From IMG/VR virus record IMGVR_UViG_3300017710_000003, positions 1 through 62,022 of that record: 62,022 nucleotides of DNA, one strand, 5' to 3'. Origin of the DNA: a virus (lineage: Duplodnaviria; Caudoviricetes). Of the stretch, positions 27,693-37,139 are shown piece after piece; the stretch's first letter is position 1; each line of letters begins with the position of its first letter. A model generated the notes under the pieces. That model was given only the letters and a program-made list of their open reading frames with translations, ran no database searches and had not been told where the DNA came from. Made by a program: the position numbers and the translations under genes.

Positions 27693-29473
27693 TTAATACT
27701 TTCTTTCAAAGCGTATATTTCACTTCTCAATGTGTTTATTTCACTTTGAACATTAACAAGTGCTACTTGTTGTTGTAATATTGGGTCATTAGATGTATAT
27801 TTAACTAACGACTTGTCACCATAAATTTGTGATTGTTCAATTATATTCACACTAGAATAAAATGATATTTCTTCTAGTTGTTTTTGATTACTATATACTT
27901 TCTTATTTATATATCCTGTCAAGTCAGCACCACCTGAGGTTATACCTTGAGTTTTAATAAATTGTATAGCCGCAAGTTGTTGATCTACTCTCTTTAATTT
28001 AGACATTACTTTTTCAATAACCTTTTGTACTTTCTGTTCTATGCCGACAATTCTAGTTTTTGTCGGTACATCCGATTCAACATCGCCAGTCTCTTTGCTC
28101 TCCACACCTTCTTCATTACTTTCCGTCTCCGTCTCATTTTCTGTTTCCTTATCTTCAGCCACATTAGATTCAGTAGATACATTTTCACTAGTTTCTCCTG
28201 TCTCATTTGTTTCATTAGGTGTTTCTTCCATAGTTTCTGTTGTTGTAGACTCAGTTTCATTGATTTCCTCTTTCGGTTCTTTCATTAAAGTTTCAGTAGG
28301 TTCTTCTTCTTTAACTTCTTCCGTCAGTGTAGGCTCATTGTTGATCTCCTCTATTTGTTCTTCTTTGATTTCTTGTACAGGTTCTTCTTCTATAACTTCT
28401 ATAAATGATACAGCAGACCCAAACTCTTCTTTCATTTCTTCCATAACCATGTTTGTGGCCTCTTCAAAAAACTGCTCTTCTTGTATTTCAACTTCTACTA
28501 AAGCAGTTTCAAATTCTTCTACTAGATTTTCTTCTACTAATATCTCTTTAAAATTCTCTACAAAAATTTCTCTAAACTCTTCTATCTTAATTTCTTTTAC
28601 TTCTATCTCTTCTAATTCTAACATAGGTAAAGGTGCAAACTCAAAAGTTTCTATTTCTTCTACCTGTGCTAAATTAATTTCTTCTAATTCTAGTACTAAA
28701 GTTTCTATTTCTAATTGTGCTTCTTCTAATTGTAAATTTGCAAGTTCTATTTCTTGTTGTGTCTCTTCAGTGATTTGAATTGGTGTATATGTTATGTCTA
28801 ATAATGTGGCAGTTAAACTTGCACCAAGTAAGTTAGGACCAATAGAAGCTGTATTAGATGTATCACCACCGTCTGTACCTTTCCACTCCCAATCGTATTT
28901 ACGTGAGCCTGTATCTGTATAACTTACCGTATCTGTATATGTGATGGTATTGCCGTAGTAGCCAGCGTCATTGTTTCTTGTAAATGTAGTTATTGCAATT
29001 ATATTATCATTGCCGTCTAGTATCTTAATAGTGTTTGTGAAAGTATCTCTTTGACCACCACCAACATTTGATTGACCACATTGATATGATGAACCAGTCC
29101 ATTCACAATTTTGTACTTCAGATATAGAGTTTAAGGTCACACCACCATCTAAACTATTTTCTGTTGTTGTAAATGAACCACCTGATTGTTTTGTAGTTGT
29201 GATACCTACTAGAGAACCAGTATCTGAAATAATACCTTCTCCCTTTGCCTCTAACTCATTTGTAAATGCTTGAATACCACTATCAATAGTGAAACCCTGA
29301 CCTGCACCTACTTTGTCAGGTGATAGAGCGTCTCCTTGATTTTGATAGTTAGATTGACCTGCACCTGCATTAGGTAGCAAGTTGCCTGAGGTTGCTGTCT
29401 CTGCCTTACTTACGCTTTGAGAAGTCGTAAGGATTAAGAGACTGAGCCCAACAATATACTTTGTAATTTGCAT
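27689..29473 (-). CDS. large exported protein with acidic linker
   Basis: signal peptide, Thr/Gly-rich beta domain, ~250 aa Glu-rich region, C-terminal coiled coil. Confidence 0.65.
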   Translation of the reverse strand: MQITKYIVGLSLLILTTSQSVSKAETATSGNLLPNAGAGQSNYQNQGDALSPDKVGAGQGFTIDSGIQAFTNELEAKGEGIISDTGSLVGITTTKQSGGSFTTTENSLDGGVTLNSISEVQNCEWTGSSYQCGQSNVGGGQRDTFTNTIKILDGNDNIIAITTFTRNNDAGYYGNTITYTDTVSYTDTGSRKYDWEWKGTDGGDTSNTASIGPNLLGASLTATLLDITYTPIQITEETQQEIELANLQLEEAQLEIETLVLELEEINLAQVEEIETFEFAPLPMLELEEIEVKEIKIEEFREIFVENFKEILVEENLVEEFETALVEVEIQEEQFFEEATNMVMEEMKEEFGSAVSFIEVIEEEPVQEIKEEQIEEINNEPTLTEEVKEEEPTETLMKEPKEEINETESTTTETMEETPNETNETGETSENVSTESNVAEDKETENETETESNEEGVESKETGDVESDVPTKTRIVGIEQKVQKVIEKVMSKLKRVDQQLAAIQFIKTQGITSGGADLTGYINKKVYSNQKQLEEISFYSSVNIIEQSQIYGDKSLVKYTSNDPILQQQVALVNVQSEINTLRSEIYALKESIK

Positions 29474-29541
29474 AGATTATAATGCCACTCCAAATAATCC
29501 AATTGATAATACCGAAATCCATAGTTTTCCTTTACTAGTCT

Positions 29542-30267
29542 TTACTTTACTTTTTTTTTTAGCTTCTCAATTTCAAGTTCTAGTTTTTTCTGTTCAACAC
29601 TATTCTTACTCATTTCATTTGCTTGTTTGGCAATAACTTCATCTTTTTCTTTCATCTTTTTTTCCCATTCTTTATTGCCTTTTTCTATAACTTTTAATCT
29701 CTTTGTATACACTTTGTAATCTGGTCTTAATTTGTTATATTTTTTCCATTGTTCTTTTGCTTCATTACCTATCTTACCTTCAAAAGGACAAGGCGTGCCT
29801 GATTGTTCCATTGCATAGAACACTCTCTCATCTTGGCATAGTATTGATACAGCTGCAACTTTCATACCTAAGTCATTTAATACTTTACTTAATTTAATTC
29901 TTTCACAATTCTCATCTGTTCTAAAAGTACCTGCTGATACACCTAAACCGAAAGTAGATACACCACCTGATAACCCTACTACACAAAGGTCTTGCGACAT
30001 TGCTGACATACTAGGTGCTGATGATTGAGACGTAACCCTAGTGTCACCTGAATAGGCGTTAGTAGTATTTGTAGTTGTTGTATTATTACTTGATCCAGAT
30101 TGATATTCATTCGTTGTTTCTGCCGAATAACCACCTGATATAGTGGTGTTTGAACCGCTCGCATTTGTTTGAGAGTTCGTTGTCGTTCCAGAGTTGGTAA
30201 CATCAGCCCACGAAGGTGTTAACCCTAGCATAATGTAGAATAACAAAAAGACTAATAATCTTTTCAT
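29542..30267 (-). CDS. exported protein
   Basis: signal peptide, Thr/Ser/Asn-rich segment, Cys-containing core (D.NCERIKL...AGTPCP-like). Confidence 0.65.
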   Translation of the reverse strand: MKRLLVFLLFYIMLGLTPSWADVTNSGTTTNSQTNASGSNTTISGGYSAETTNEYQSGSSNNTTTTNTTNAYSGDTRVTSQSSAPSMSAMSQDLCVVGLSGGVSTFGLGVSAGTFRTDENCERIKLSKVLNDLGMKVAAVSILCQDERVFYAMEQSGTPCPFEGKIGNEAKEQWKKYNKLRPDYKVYTKRLKVIEKGNKEWEKKMKEKDEVIAKQANEMSKNSVEQKKLELEIEKLKKKVK

Positions 30268-30326
30268 AATTCCTTTTGATAATGTTTAGATAATGTGAAA
30301 TAGTGTAGTTTAAATCAATTCTAAAG

Positions 30327-30334
30327 TATTTATA
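30327..30334 (-). promoter_or_regulatory. T4 late promoter
   Basis: TATAAATA in an intergenic gap. Confidence 0.7.
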
Positions 30335-30339
30335 AAATC

Positions 30340-30864
30340 TTATTCGTAGATTTTTTTCTTTTCATAAGCAGGTTGATGTCTGCCTATAATATCAAGTATT
30401 TCCCAAGAGCCGTCTTCATTTACTCTTACTTTTGCGTTAACTTTGTCGCAAGTCATGTTGTAAACGCCCTCTTTATTTTCAGTTTCTCTATATTCTTTTT
30501 CTTTTTCTCTTTTGTTTTTTAAACAATCTACTAAATTCTCTGAAGCAACGTGATCTACTAAAACTCTATTGCCGTTTTCATCTATTTCAAATATGCAAAC
30601 TGCGAATACCACACCCTCTTCAGGCGTAGATGAAGACGCTTTATGTTCTTCTTTCATCACGGTTACGTGTTTGTGTTTCTTTTCAATAGGACAAACTTGA
30701 TGACCATCATCACCACAACCTGTGCAATCAGCTAATGCTTTATTCATACCAAAAGCAAATAACATGAAAAGAACAAATATAATAACAGGACTATATTTTT
30801 CTATTAACTTAAATCTTTTCTGTTCTTTTTCAGTGATTTGATCTATGTTATTTTCTGTATCCAT
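30340..30864 (-). CDS. exported/membrane Cys-containing protein
   Basis: TM/signal; ENL.DCLK.KR...C..V motif shared with the next gene. Confidence 0.6.
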   Translation of the reverse strand: MDTENNIDQITEKEQKRFKLIEKYSPVIIFVLFMLFAFGMNKALADCTGCGDDGHQVCPIEKKHKHVTVMKEEHKASSSTPEEGVVFAVCIFEIDENGNRVLVDHVASENLVDCLKNKREKEKEYRETENKEGVYNMTCDKVNAKVRVNEDGSWEILDIIGRHQPAYEKKKIYE

Positions 30865-31169
30865 TAGTCTAATATTTTTAGTAATCTAATACCGTATTTT
30901 GTTTGTTTGTCTTCTTGTAATAATGCCTTTACAGATTTACAAGCGAATATAACTCTTTCGCCACCTACTTCTCTAGTTGCTACTCTTTTAGATTTTAAGC
31001 ATTGACTTAAATTTTCTTTGTATACCCACTCAATCAATTTACCATTAAGTGTTAATGTTAAGGCAATTACGCCATCTTTTTCATACTTCTCTCCACCAGT
31101 GTAAAGTTTAGCTGCAAATACACTTGAAGCAAATAGTATCATAAAAAATGTTATTAGTAATTTTTTCAT
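30864..31169 (-). CDS. exported protein
   Basis: signal peptide; ENLSQCLKSKR...CKSV. Confidence 0.6.
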   Translation of the reverse strand: MKKLLITFFMILFASSVFAAKLYTGGEKYEKDGVIALTLTLNGKLIEWVYKENLSQCLKSKRVATREVGGERVIFACKSVKALLQEDKQTKYGIRLLKILD

Positions 31170-31621
31170 TATTGTGTTTTACCGTTTTGATAGATTATAT
31201 TTCTATTACTATCTTTTAATTTTTCTACATCTTCTCGTAAAATTTTTACGTCTTCTTGTAATCTCTTAATGTTGACACCATTGTTCATCATATTTTCCAT
31301 TTGTTTTTGTATGGATTCTAATTGACCAGCGATGTGTTCAATCAACATGAATTGCTCTGAGTCAGCAGGTGGTGAACCTAATTCTCCTCTAGGCCACTTA
31401 ATTCTAAATTCGTTATTCTTCTCTATGTCAGCAGATAATGTTTCTGTAACCTGATTTAAATCTTTTTCAGATAATTGTGCTTTAGTTTCAAGCATGGTGA
31501 TACGTTCTAACACACCGAAGTATGCCCAAACGCCAACTGCAACTGCTGAAATAATAGCCAATAAGTTTTTCATTGGCATGCTAATAGCTGTCTGTTCTGA
31601 TATATCAAGTCTATTTTTCAT
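31169..31621 (-). CDS. membrane-anchored coiled-coil protein
   Basis: MPMKNL + TM, then EFRIKWPRG...PADSEQFMLIE. Confidence 0.6.
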   Translation of the reverse strand: MKNRLDISEQTAISMPMKNLLAIISAVAVGVWAYFGVLERITMLETKAQLSEKDLNQVTETLSADIEKNNEFRIKWPRGELGSPPADSEQFMLIEHIAGQLESIQKQMENMMNNGVNIKRLQEDVKILREDVEKLKDSNRNIIYQNGKTQ

Positions 31622-31997
31622 TTTTGTCCTCTAAATCACCTTCGTAGTACTCTTTATATTTATCTAACAAATCATTTGTAATCTTCAATTGATTCCTAAT
31701 TTGTGCAAAATTCTTGGCAAGAAGTTCAAAATCTTTATCTGTCAGTCCCCATAAAACAGGATCAATACCAGATTCCTCTAGTTTTTTAAATACTTCCTCG
31801 GCGTTCTTACTAGTGATAATTATCCATCGTAAGTTCTCTAACTCTAATGGAGTAGGCTTGTTCAAATTGAGTTTTTCACGCTCAACTTCCTTTTTAAATA
31901 TCTCTAATGTCTTTACACCCGAACAACTAGTAAGGGACGTAATTAGGATTAGCGATACTAGGACACTCGCTATTAATTTCACTTTTCTTTGTAGCAT
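31611..31997 (-). CDS. probable outer-membrane spanin (lipoprotein)
   Basis: lipobox LTSC; overlaps the 3' end of a TM coiled-coil gene. Confidence 0.6.
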   Translation of the reverse strand: MLQRKVKLIASVLVSLILITSLTSCSGVKTLEIFKKEVEREKLNLNKPTPLELENLRWIIITSKNAEEVFKKLEESGIDPVLWGLTDKDFELLAKNFAQIRNQLKITNDLLDKYKEYYEGDLEDKNEK

Positions 31998-32385
31998 TCT
32001 TTTCTTTTTCTGTTAATGGTGAACCACTTGCGATTTCAATACATCTTGTAGCAAGTGCTGACGCACCGTTTGTTATACGTTCAATAGAGTCTGTTCTTTG
32101 TATAGCTAATTTACCAACATCTCTACTCTTCTTATTAAATCTTTTATCTAAATCGTCTAGGTCTTTTTTTAACACACTAACTAACTGATTCATCTTTTGA
32201 TTAGCTGCTAGTATCTCTTTAAAGTCTTCTTTTTGTGACGTGATAAGTTCTTGTTGTTCAGCGACTGCTGATTCTAGTTTGATTGCATTTTCTTTTAATA
32301 CTGCATTATCTCTTTGCAACTTTAACACATAGCCCACTGAGCCTAGTAAAGCAATTATAATCAAACCAATAATGTAAATTCTCAT
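31927..32385 (-). CDS. probable inner-membrane spanin
   Basis: start MRIYIIG; N-terminal TM, long coiled coil, C-terminal Cys pair. Confidence 0.6.
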   Translation of the reverse strand: MRIYIIGLIIIALLGSVGYVLKLQRDNAVLKENAIKLESAVAEQQELITSQKEDFKEILAANQKMNQLVSVLKKDLDDLDKRFNKKSRDVGKLAIQRTDSIERITNGASALATRCIEIASGSPLTEKEKNATKKSEINSECPSIANPNYVPY

Positions 32386-32386
32386 A

Positions 32387-32497
32387 TTACTTCTTCCAAA
32401 ATTTAAGTTTTTTTGCAAAAGCAGCCAAGTCTTCAAACTTCTCGTTGACATACCATCCTGCAATAAAACCTACTATAAATCCTATTGTTGTAAACAT
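32387..32497 (-). CDS. small membrane peptide (36 aa, not in ORF track)
   Basis: MFTTIGFIVGFIAGWYVNEKF...FWKK. Confidence 0.5.
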   Translation of the reverse strand: MFTTIGFIVGFIAGWYVNEKFEDLAAFAKKLKFWKK

Positions 32498-32501
32498 ATC
32501 T

Positions 32502-33083
32502 TTATTCCTTTATTTTAGCGTTTCTTTTTCTATGACCATTCCACGCAACAAAGCCACCTAATCTTAATGACCAGTATGCTAAATGATTCATTGTGTAAAA
32601 ACCATTTACTTCTATACATATATCTCTAAAGATTTCGTCTGCTCTTTTTTGATCTACTACTAGAAGCGCTCCTTTACCAGTTCTTTTTAAACAAGCGTAT
32701 TTGTAAGCATAGTCGTGTACTAGACCACCCATTAATAATACACCAACTGGTGAAAAAAAAGTTCTTAAAAATTTTGGTATACTTGCGCCGTCAAATACAA
32801 AACCTGCTGGTATGACATATTCATTACCATTGATTCTATATTTCCAGTCATTTGTTATTTCCCAATTTCTTGTAGAAAGTAACCACATTGCGATACCTTT
32901 CCAGAAACCCTTGCCTTTTGTTTTGATTGGCACAGGTTTTAGTTCTGGCATTTTGTCAGCATGAAAAGTTAGTTTACTTACTTTCTTTTTATCTAACAAG
33001 TTTATTAAAAGTGTTATTATTACTACTGCAATTAAGATTGACCATTGCCAAAATTTCATTGCTAGTGCTACTATAAGTTCCAT
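32502..33083 (-). CDS. DUF1353-family protein with N-terminal TM
   Basis: IPAGFVFDGASIP, VHDY.Y and ADEIF. Confidence 0.75.
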   Translation of the reverse strand: MELIVALAMKFWQWSILIAVVIITLLINLLDKKKVSKLTFHADKMPELKPVPIKTKGKGFWKGIAMWLLSTRNWEITNDWKYRINGNEYVIPAGFVFDGASIPKFLRTFFSPVGVLLMGGLVHDYAYKYACLKRTGKGALLVVDQKRADEIFRDICIEVNGFYTMNHLAYWSLRLGGFVAWNGHRKRNAKIKE

Positions 33084-33084
33084 T

Positions 33085-33699
33085 TTAGTCCTTACTTTTT
33101 TTATTTTTATCTATGTATGATTGATAGACTTTATAAGCCTGTCTCAAATTTTTTTTCTTTTCAGGATCTTTTGCTCTGACACTTGCTACTTTTGCTCTTT
33201 GACCCATTGCAATTGCAGCCTGCATTTTATGTGCGTGTGTTTTGCCTGACCCTCTTATCTTACTTACAGATTGTTTTGCTTTTGGTTTATCTGTAAAACC
33301 TAGACCGTGTATAGTACCTTTTGGGTTTTCATCTGTGTATAAATCACTATGTTTATCTGACCCAGCAGGTTGACCTTTCTTACGAGGTATTCTATTTGTA
33401 TTAGCAGTTACCATAGGTTTGTATGTACCTAAACCTGGTCCTGTTCTTTGTGAATATATTCCTGCTTGTTTACTTGATTGAGCACCTTTGTATTGTGGGA
33501 ATAATTGACCTTGACCTCCCATGGATGCCATAGGGTTTAAAGTTGATATAGGTCCTACACCCACACCATAAGTCACTCCCATATATTCTCTTAATTCTTT
33601 TAAACTTTTCTTACGGCCAGCACAATGTGCTTTTTGTGAGAAACCTTTTGGGTTATCACAATCAATAGACTTTTTATATTTGTCTGACCAGTTTGACAT
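33085..33699 (-). CDS. modular putative internal virion protein
   Basis: WS.KYKKSIDC.NPKGFSQKAHC and SDLYTDENPK modules; KSLKELRE. Confidence 0.55.
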   Translation of the reverse strand: MSNWSDKYKKSIDCDNPKGFSQKAHCAGRKKSLKELREYMGVTYGVGVGPISTLNPMASMGGQGQLFPQYKGAQSSKQAGIYSQRTGPGLGTYKPMVTANTNRIPRKKGQPAGSDKHSDLYTDENPKGTIHGLGFTDKPKAKQSVSKIRGSGKTHAHKMQAAIAMGQRAKVASVRAKDPEKKKNLRQAYKVYQSYIDKNKKSKD

Positions 33700-34277
33700 T
33701 ATTTCTTTTTACCTTTAAGATATTCTACATAGTCATTAACTTCACTATCGAATTGACTTAACATTTTAGAAGCTGCGTCATTTCTAACATTACCAGGAAT
33801 AGTTCTACTATTCATATTTTTAGATTTTGCAATTTCTTTAACTTTATTATCTACTGCATATCTGAATAACTTAACTGCTAAATCTTTATTGTAAACACCT
33901 TTTACTTTTTTTCTTGCTAAGTTTTTTACAATAGGTTCTATTTGCCTTGAATATAACTGACCATCATTTGAGGCCTGTGTTGCAATTTCACTTGCTGACA
34001 AATTTTCATTCATTCTAAATTTAGTTAAGAAGTTAGTTATTCTTTTTTTAAATTCGTCTTTATTTTTTTTCTTATAAGATTTTGCTGCTTTAGGTTCTAC
34101 GCCTGGTTCACCATCTGGTCCTACACCTATACCTGCGATATTACCACCGCCTGCACTATTAGCAGGTGCGTCTTCTTCAGGCACACAATTAGGCACTCTT
34201 TTACCATTTTTCTTTTTGAAACCTACTGCCTTATATCCTGTCCAGCATGCCTCTCTTAATTTTCTAAAAGTAATCAT
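33699..34277 (-). CDS. modular putative internal virion protein
   Basis: MITFRKLRE N-terminus; CW.GY...VPNCVP and EDAPAN...GEPG modules. Confidence 0.6.
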   Translation of the reverse strand: MITFRKLREACWTGYKAVGFKKKNGKRVPNCVPEEDAPANSAGGGNIAGIGVGPDGEPGVEPKAAKSYKKKNKDEFKKRITNFLTKFRMNENLSASEIATQASNDGQLYSRQIEPIVKNLARKKVKGVYNKDLAVKLFRYAVDNKVKEIAKSKNMNSRTIPGNVRNDAASKMLSQFDSEVNDYVEYLKGKKK

Positions 34278-34864
34278 TAAAATTTGATCCTTTCTATATT
34301 GTCCTCTGACACTATTACTTTTTTTTGTGTCTCTTCACTAACAACATGATATAAGTTAACACCTAAAAAGTTATCAAAAGGTACTTGATCTTCTACGTTT
34401 TTTACAATATCGCCTACGTCAGCAGTCTTTTCATTATTCAGATCAGTTAATGTATCTGTCATAATAAATCTACCTTGAGGTAGTATATTGTCTTCAGATG
34501 ATTCTTTCATATCACCAAAGTGTATTAAATCGTTATCTCTTAAATAAGTATAAAGTTCTTTTTCAATTTCAACCATATTCAAATCTTTACTTTCTTTAAG
34601 TAATAGACCTAATGCAGCTGCATATGTGCCTATTTTAGATTTACCGCCAGGTATTACATTTATTAAACGCTTTAAATTAAAAACAAATTTATGTAAGATA
34701 GTATAACTATCTCTTTCTTTAGAAGTTTTTAATTCTTTTGTTTTTCGTAATACTTTTCCATTCTTATCAATTATGCCGTACTTATAAGCGTCTTGTTTTT
34801 CAAAAGGAGTAATTAACATCTTAATTATCCTATATGTTATAAGTACATCTATTGCTCTTCCCAT
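34277..34864 (-). CDS. conserved T4-like phage protein
   Basis: AYK.GIID..GK.L and HKFVFNLKRL motifs. Confidence 0.6.
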   Translation of the reverse strand: MGRAIDVLITYRIIKMLITPFEKQDAYKYGIIDKNGKVLRKTKELKTSKERDSYTILHKFVFNLKRLINVIPGGKSKIGTYAAALGLLLKESKDLNMVEIEKELYTYLRDNDLIHFGDMKESSEDNILPQGRFIMTDTLTDLNNEKTADVGDIVKNVEDQVPFDNFLGVNLYHVVSEETQKKVIVSEDNIERIKF

Positions 34865-35226
34865 TACATTTGTTCCAAACTATTTAATATTGTTTTGTTT
34901 ATCTTAACATTGTTAAATTCTTCATCACTAACATACTTTAAATATACTAAAAAAGTTTTAAGTATTCCCCAAAACTCTCTTTCTATTTTAAAAAATAACA
35001 AAGTACAAGCTGCGTCAACACCAAAAACATTTTGTAGTACAATTAGATGATTAATAACTAATCTAGTTTTTAATTCACCTGTTGCCTTGTACTTACGAAA
35101 TAAGCGTTTAATATACTTAAATCGTTTCACATCCTCATAAAACTCTTTTTCAGAGTCAAAATTAGGACAATCATAGTTTTTGATTGCGTAAAACAACCAG
35201 TTATCTTTTGTTATCTTACTGAACAT
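34864..35226 (-). CDS. conserved T4-like phage protein
   Basis: AIKNYD...EFYED.KRFKYIKRL...NH...L.NVFG. Confidence 0.6.
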   Translation of the reverse strand: MFSKITKDNWLFYAIKNYDCPNFDSEKEFYEDVKRFKYIKRLFRKYKATGELKTRLVINHLIVLQNVFGVDAACTLLFFKIEREFWGILKTFLVYLKYVSDEEFNNVKINKTILNSLEQM

Positions 35227-35678
35227 TAAGCAAGCTCTGCATAAACTTTAACAGCGCCGTTTTCTAATGTTTCGTAATTACCTTTTAACTTTAACTCTCT
35301 ACCTAATTTATGTTGTATACCATCATCATTAATATCAGAGCCATCAGTGTCTTTACCGAAACGACCACCGTGTTGTGTCAAACCAGTTTCAAATTTACCA
35401 CTCTTGCCTTCTACACTTACAGAGTCTTTGAATACTAAACCGATTGTGCCTAGTCTTTGTGATAATTGACTTAGCGCAGCCTCTGGTTTAATATATTCTC
35501 TGTCTGCAATAGATTTAACAAAAGCATTTACTCTTTCAAGTACAGCAGGTTCATGTATGTTGTGAACGCCAATAGAACCGTCTTCAATAGATTCTTCGCC
35601 ACCACCTGCAGTGTTGACACCTTTAGCATCCCCAGCATATCCTTTGTATTCCTTGATATGTTGTTTAAATGTTTTCAT
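35226..35678 (-). CDS. putative internal virion protein
   Basis: start reassigned to MKTFKQHIKE (AAGGA upstream), a capsid-targeting-like sequence. Confidence 0.55.
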   Translation of the reverse strand: MKTFKQHIKEYKGYAGDAKGVNTAGGGEESIEDGSIGVHNIHEPAVLERVNAFVKSIADREYIKPEAALSQLSQRLGTIGLVFKDSVSVEGKSGKFETGLTQHGGRFGKDTDGSDINDDGIQHKLGRELKLKGNYETLENGAVKVYAELA

Positions 35679-35679
35679 T

Positions 35680-35898
35680 TTAGTTTCCTTTAACTTTTCC
35701 CTTAACTTTTTGTAATAACTCGGATGATACCACACCATTGCCATTACCTTTCTTGTTTTCTTTTCTCATACTTTTAAAAGACTTACCGCCAAGTAAATCT
35801 TCTTCAAAGTCATTTACTGATCCCATCTCCTCAAACTGCTCAGAGTGAGGAGTGTTATCAGCGATTTCGTTTAAGAATTTGTCCATTTCTTTATCCAT
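35680..35898 (-). CDS. hypothetical protein
   Basis: acidic-then-basic small ORF with KSFKSMRKE. Confidence 0.5.
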   Translation of the reverse strand: MDKEMDKFLNEIADNTPHSEQFEEMGSVNDFEEDLLGGKSFKSMRKENKKGNGNGVVSSELLQKVKGKVKGN

Positions 35899-36140
35899 TA
35901 TGCTAATGAAGCAGAAACTGCCTTATCCTTTTCATTTAATAAAACCTTAGTGTCTTTTTTCTCTGTGTCAATCATCGGAATGAGTTTATCAATCTGTTGT
36001 ATCGCACCATATACAGCATTTAAATTATTCTGCTGTGTAGTCAAAGACTTTTTAGTTTTTTCTATATTAGATGATATAGTGTCAAAATCACTTTGTAATT
36101 TTTTTCTTTCATCTTGTAGATAATCTAATTCAATACCCAT
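35898..36140 (-). CDS. small coiled-coil protein
   Basis: heptad pattern, AAGGA RBS. Confidence 0.55.
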   Translation of the reverse strand: MGIELDYLQDERKKLQSDFDTISSNIEKTKKSLTTQQNNLNAVYGAIQQIDKLIPMIDTEKKDTKVLLNEKDKAVSASLA

Positions 36141-36157
36141 AATAATATCCTTTCAAA

Positions 36158-36619
36158 TTACGAAGTTGTATAACCGTTACCTGCGATTACATTCCAATTA
36201 CTATTTTTAAATAAACAAGTTACCGTTTCACCTTGAGCGTTTAACAAAATATTAGTATACCCTCTTAAATTAGAAGGTGTAATAGTTTGTATGTGTGTGC
36301 CTGAAGATGAAGTGTTAATAAATGTTTTTACTTGTCCATCTGAACCATCAGCAAGTGTTATTGTTGCAGTACCAGCTGTACCATTTACCTCTGTTATTGC
36401 ACTAGTCACATCTGCTACAAGTGTAGTTGAACCATCACTTGTTAATGATTGTGAAGCTTGTGCTAAACCTAAGAAAGATGGTATATTGTTAAATACGTCT
36501 TCGGCTGCAATTTTTTTGTTGATTGGTGTTCCCGTAGGATCATCTACTACGTGAAATAAGTCTGCAGCTGCAATCCCATCACCAAGATTAGAAAGCGCTG
36601 TTATTTTTTTATCTGCCAT
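36158..36619 (-). CDS. probable virion decoration/fibre-like structural protein
   Basis: MADKKITAL...NKK N-terminus, Thr/Gly-rich beta region; late promoter and AGGAG RBS. Confidence 0.55.
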   Translation of the reverse strand: MADKKITALSNLGDGIAAADLFHVVDDPTGTPINKKIAAEDVFNNIPSFLGLAQASQSLTSDGSTTLVADVTSAITEVNGTAGTATITLADGSDGQVKTFINTSSSGTHIQTITPSNLRGYTNILLNAQGETVTCLFKNSNWNVIAGNGYTTS

Positions 36620-36685
36620 TTTTTTCTCCTATAAACCCTTTCGGGTATGCTACTCTAGGTATGTTCCTAGATCACTTTGTTAATA

Positions 36686-36718
36686 TATTTAGTAGGGCGC
36701 CCAAAGAGCGCCCCCTAA
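36686..36718 (-). terminator. GC hairpin plus adjacent late-promoter variant
   Basis: gggcgc-ccaaaga-gcgccc inverted repeat, followed on minus by ACTAAATA (36686-36693). Confidence 0.55.
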
Positions 36719-36728
36719 TATTATAATA

Positions 36729-37070
36729 TTAGTTTGATGTTAAGCACACTAGAGTCTCTGCTTGTACTCTACTTGCTCTGCCACCAGAACCTTGTTTTCT
36801 TAATACCCAACCACTGTGTGCGCCAGTCACTTTTAATAAAGTAGAACCGTCTTGCGACAATTGTCCTGCACTAGCTTCAGAAGCCGAGATATTGAATAAA
36901 CCAAGTTTTGCACCTGTAATGAACTGACTGAAAGTTTCGTTTTTGTATAACTTACCAGCTGCAGCGTTATTACCAGTGTGCATATTCGCCGCTGTCGGCG
37001 ACTTGTTTACGTAAAGAAGTGACCATAAAGGTGCACTTCCTCCACTATCTGTTTTTGCCCAACTTGACAT
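36729..37070 (-). CDS. conserved T4-like late structural protein
   Basis: MSSW...HSGWV...GGR..RVQ.ETLV motif; late promoter at 37129. Confidence 0.55.
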   Translation of the reverse strand: MSSWAKTDSGGSAPLWSLLYVNKSPTAANMHTGNNAAAGKLYKNETFSQFITGAKLGLFNISASEASAGQLSQDGSTLLKVTGAHSGWVLRKQGSGGRASRVQAETLVCLTSN

Positions 37071-37128
37071 AATTTTCTCTCCTATTTAAATATTAGTTAA
37101 TAGTACTCAATTTGTTGATATAATGCTA

Positions 37129-37136
37129 TATTTATA
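37129..37136 (-). promoter_or_regulatory. T4 late promoter
   Basis: TATAAATA in an intergenic gap. Confidence 0.75.
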
Positions 37137-37139
37137 AGA

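Noticed and set aside
28025-28778. Long plus-strand ORFs (245 aa and all other + ORFs in the track)
   Set aside because: They are antisense shadows of minus-strand genes; the Ser-rich composition mirrors Glu codons and no family motifs are present.
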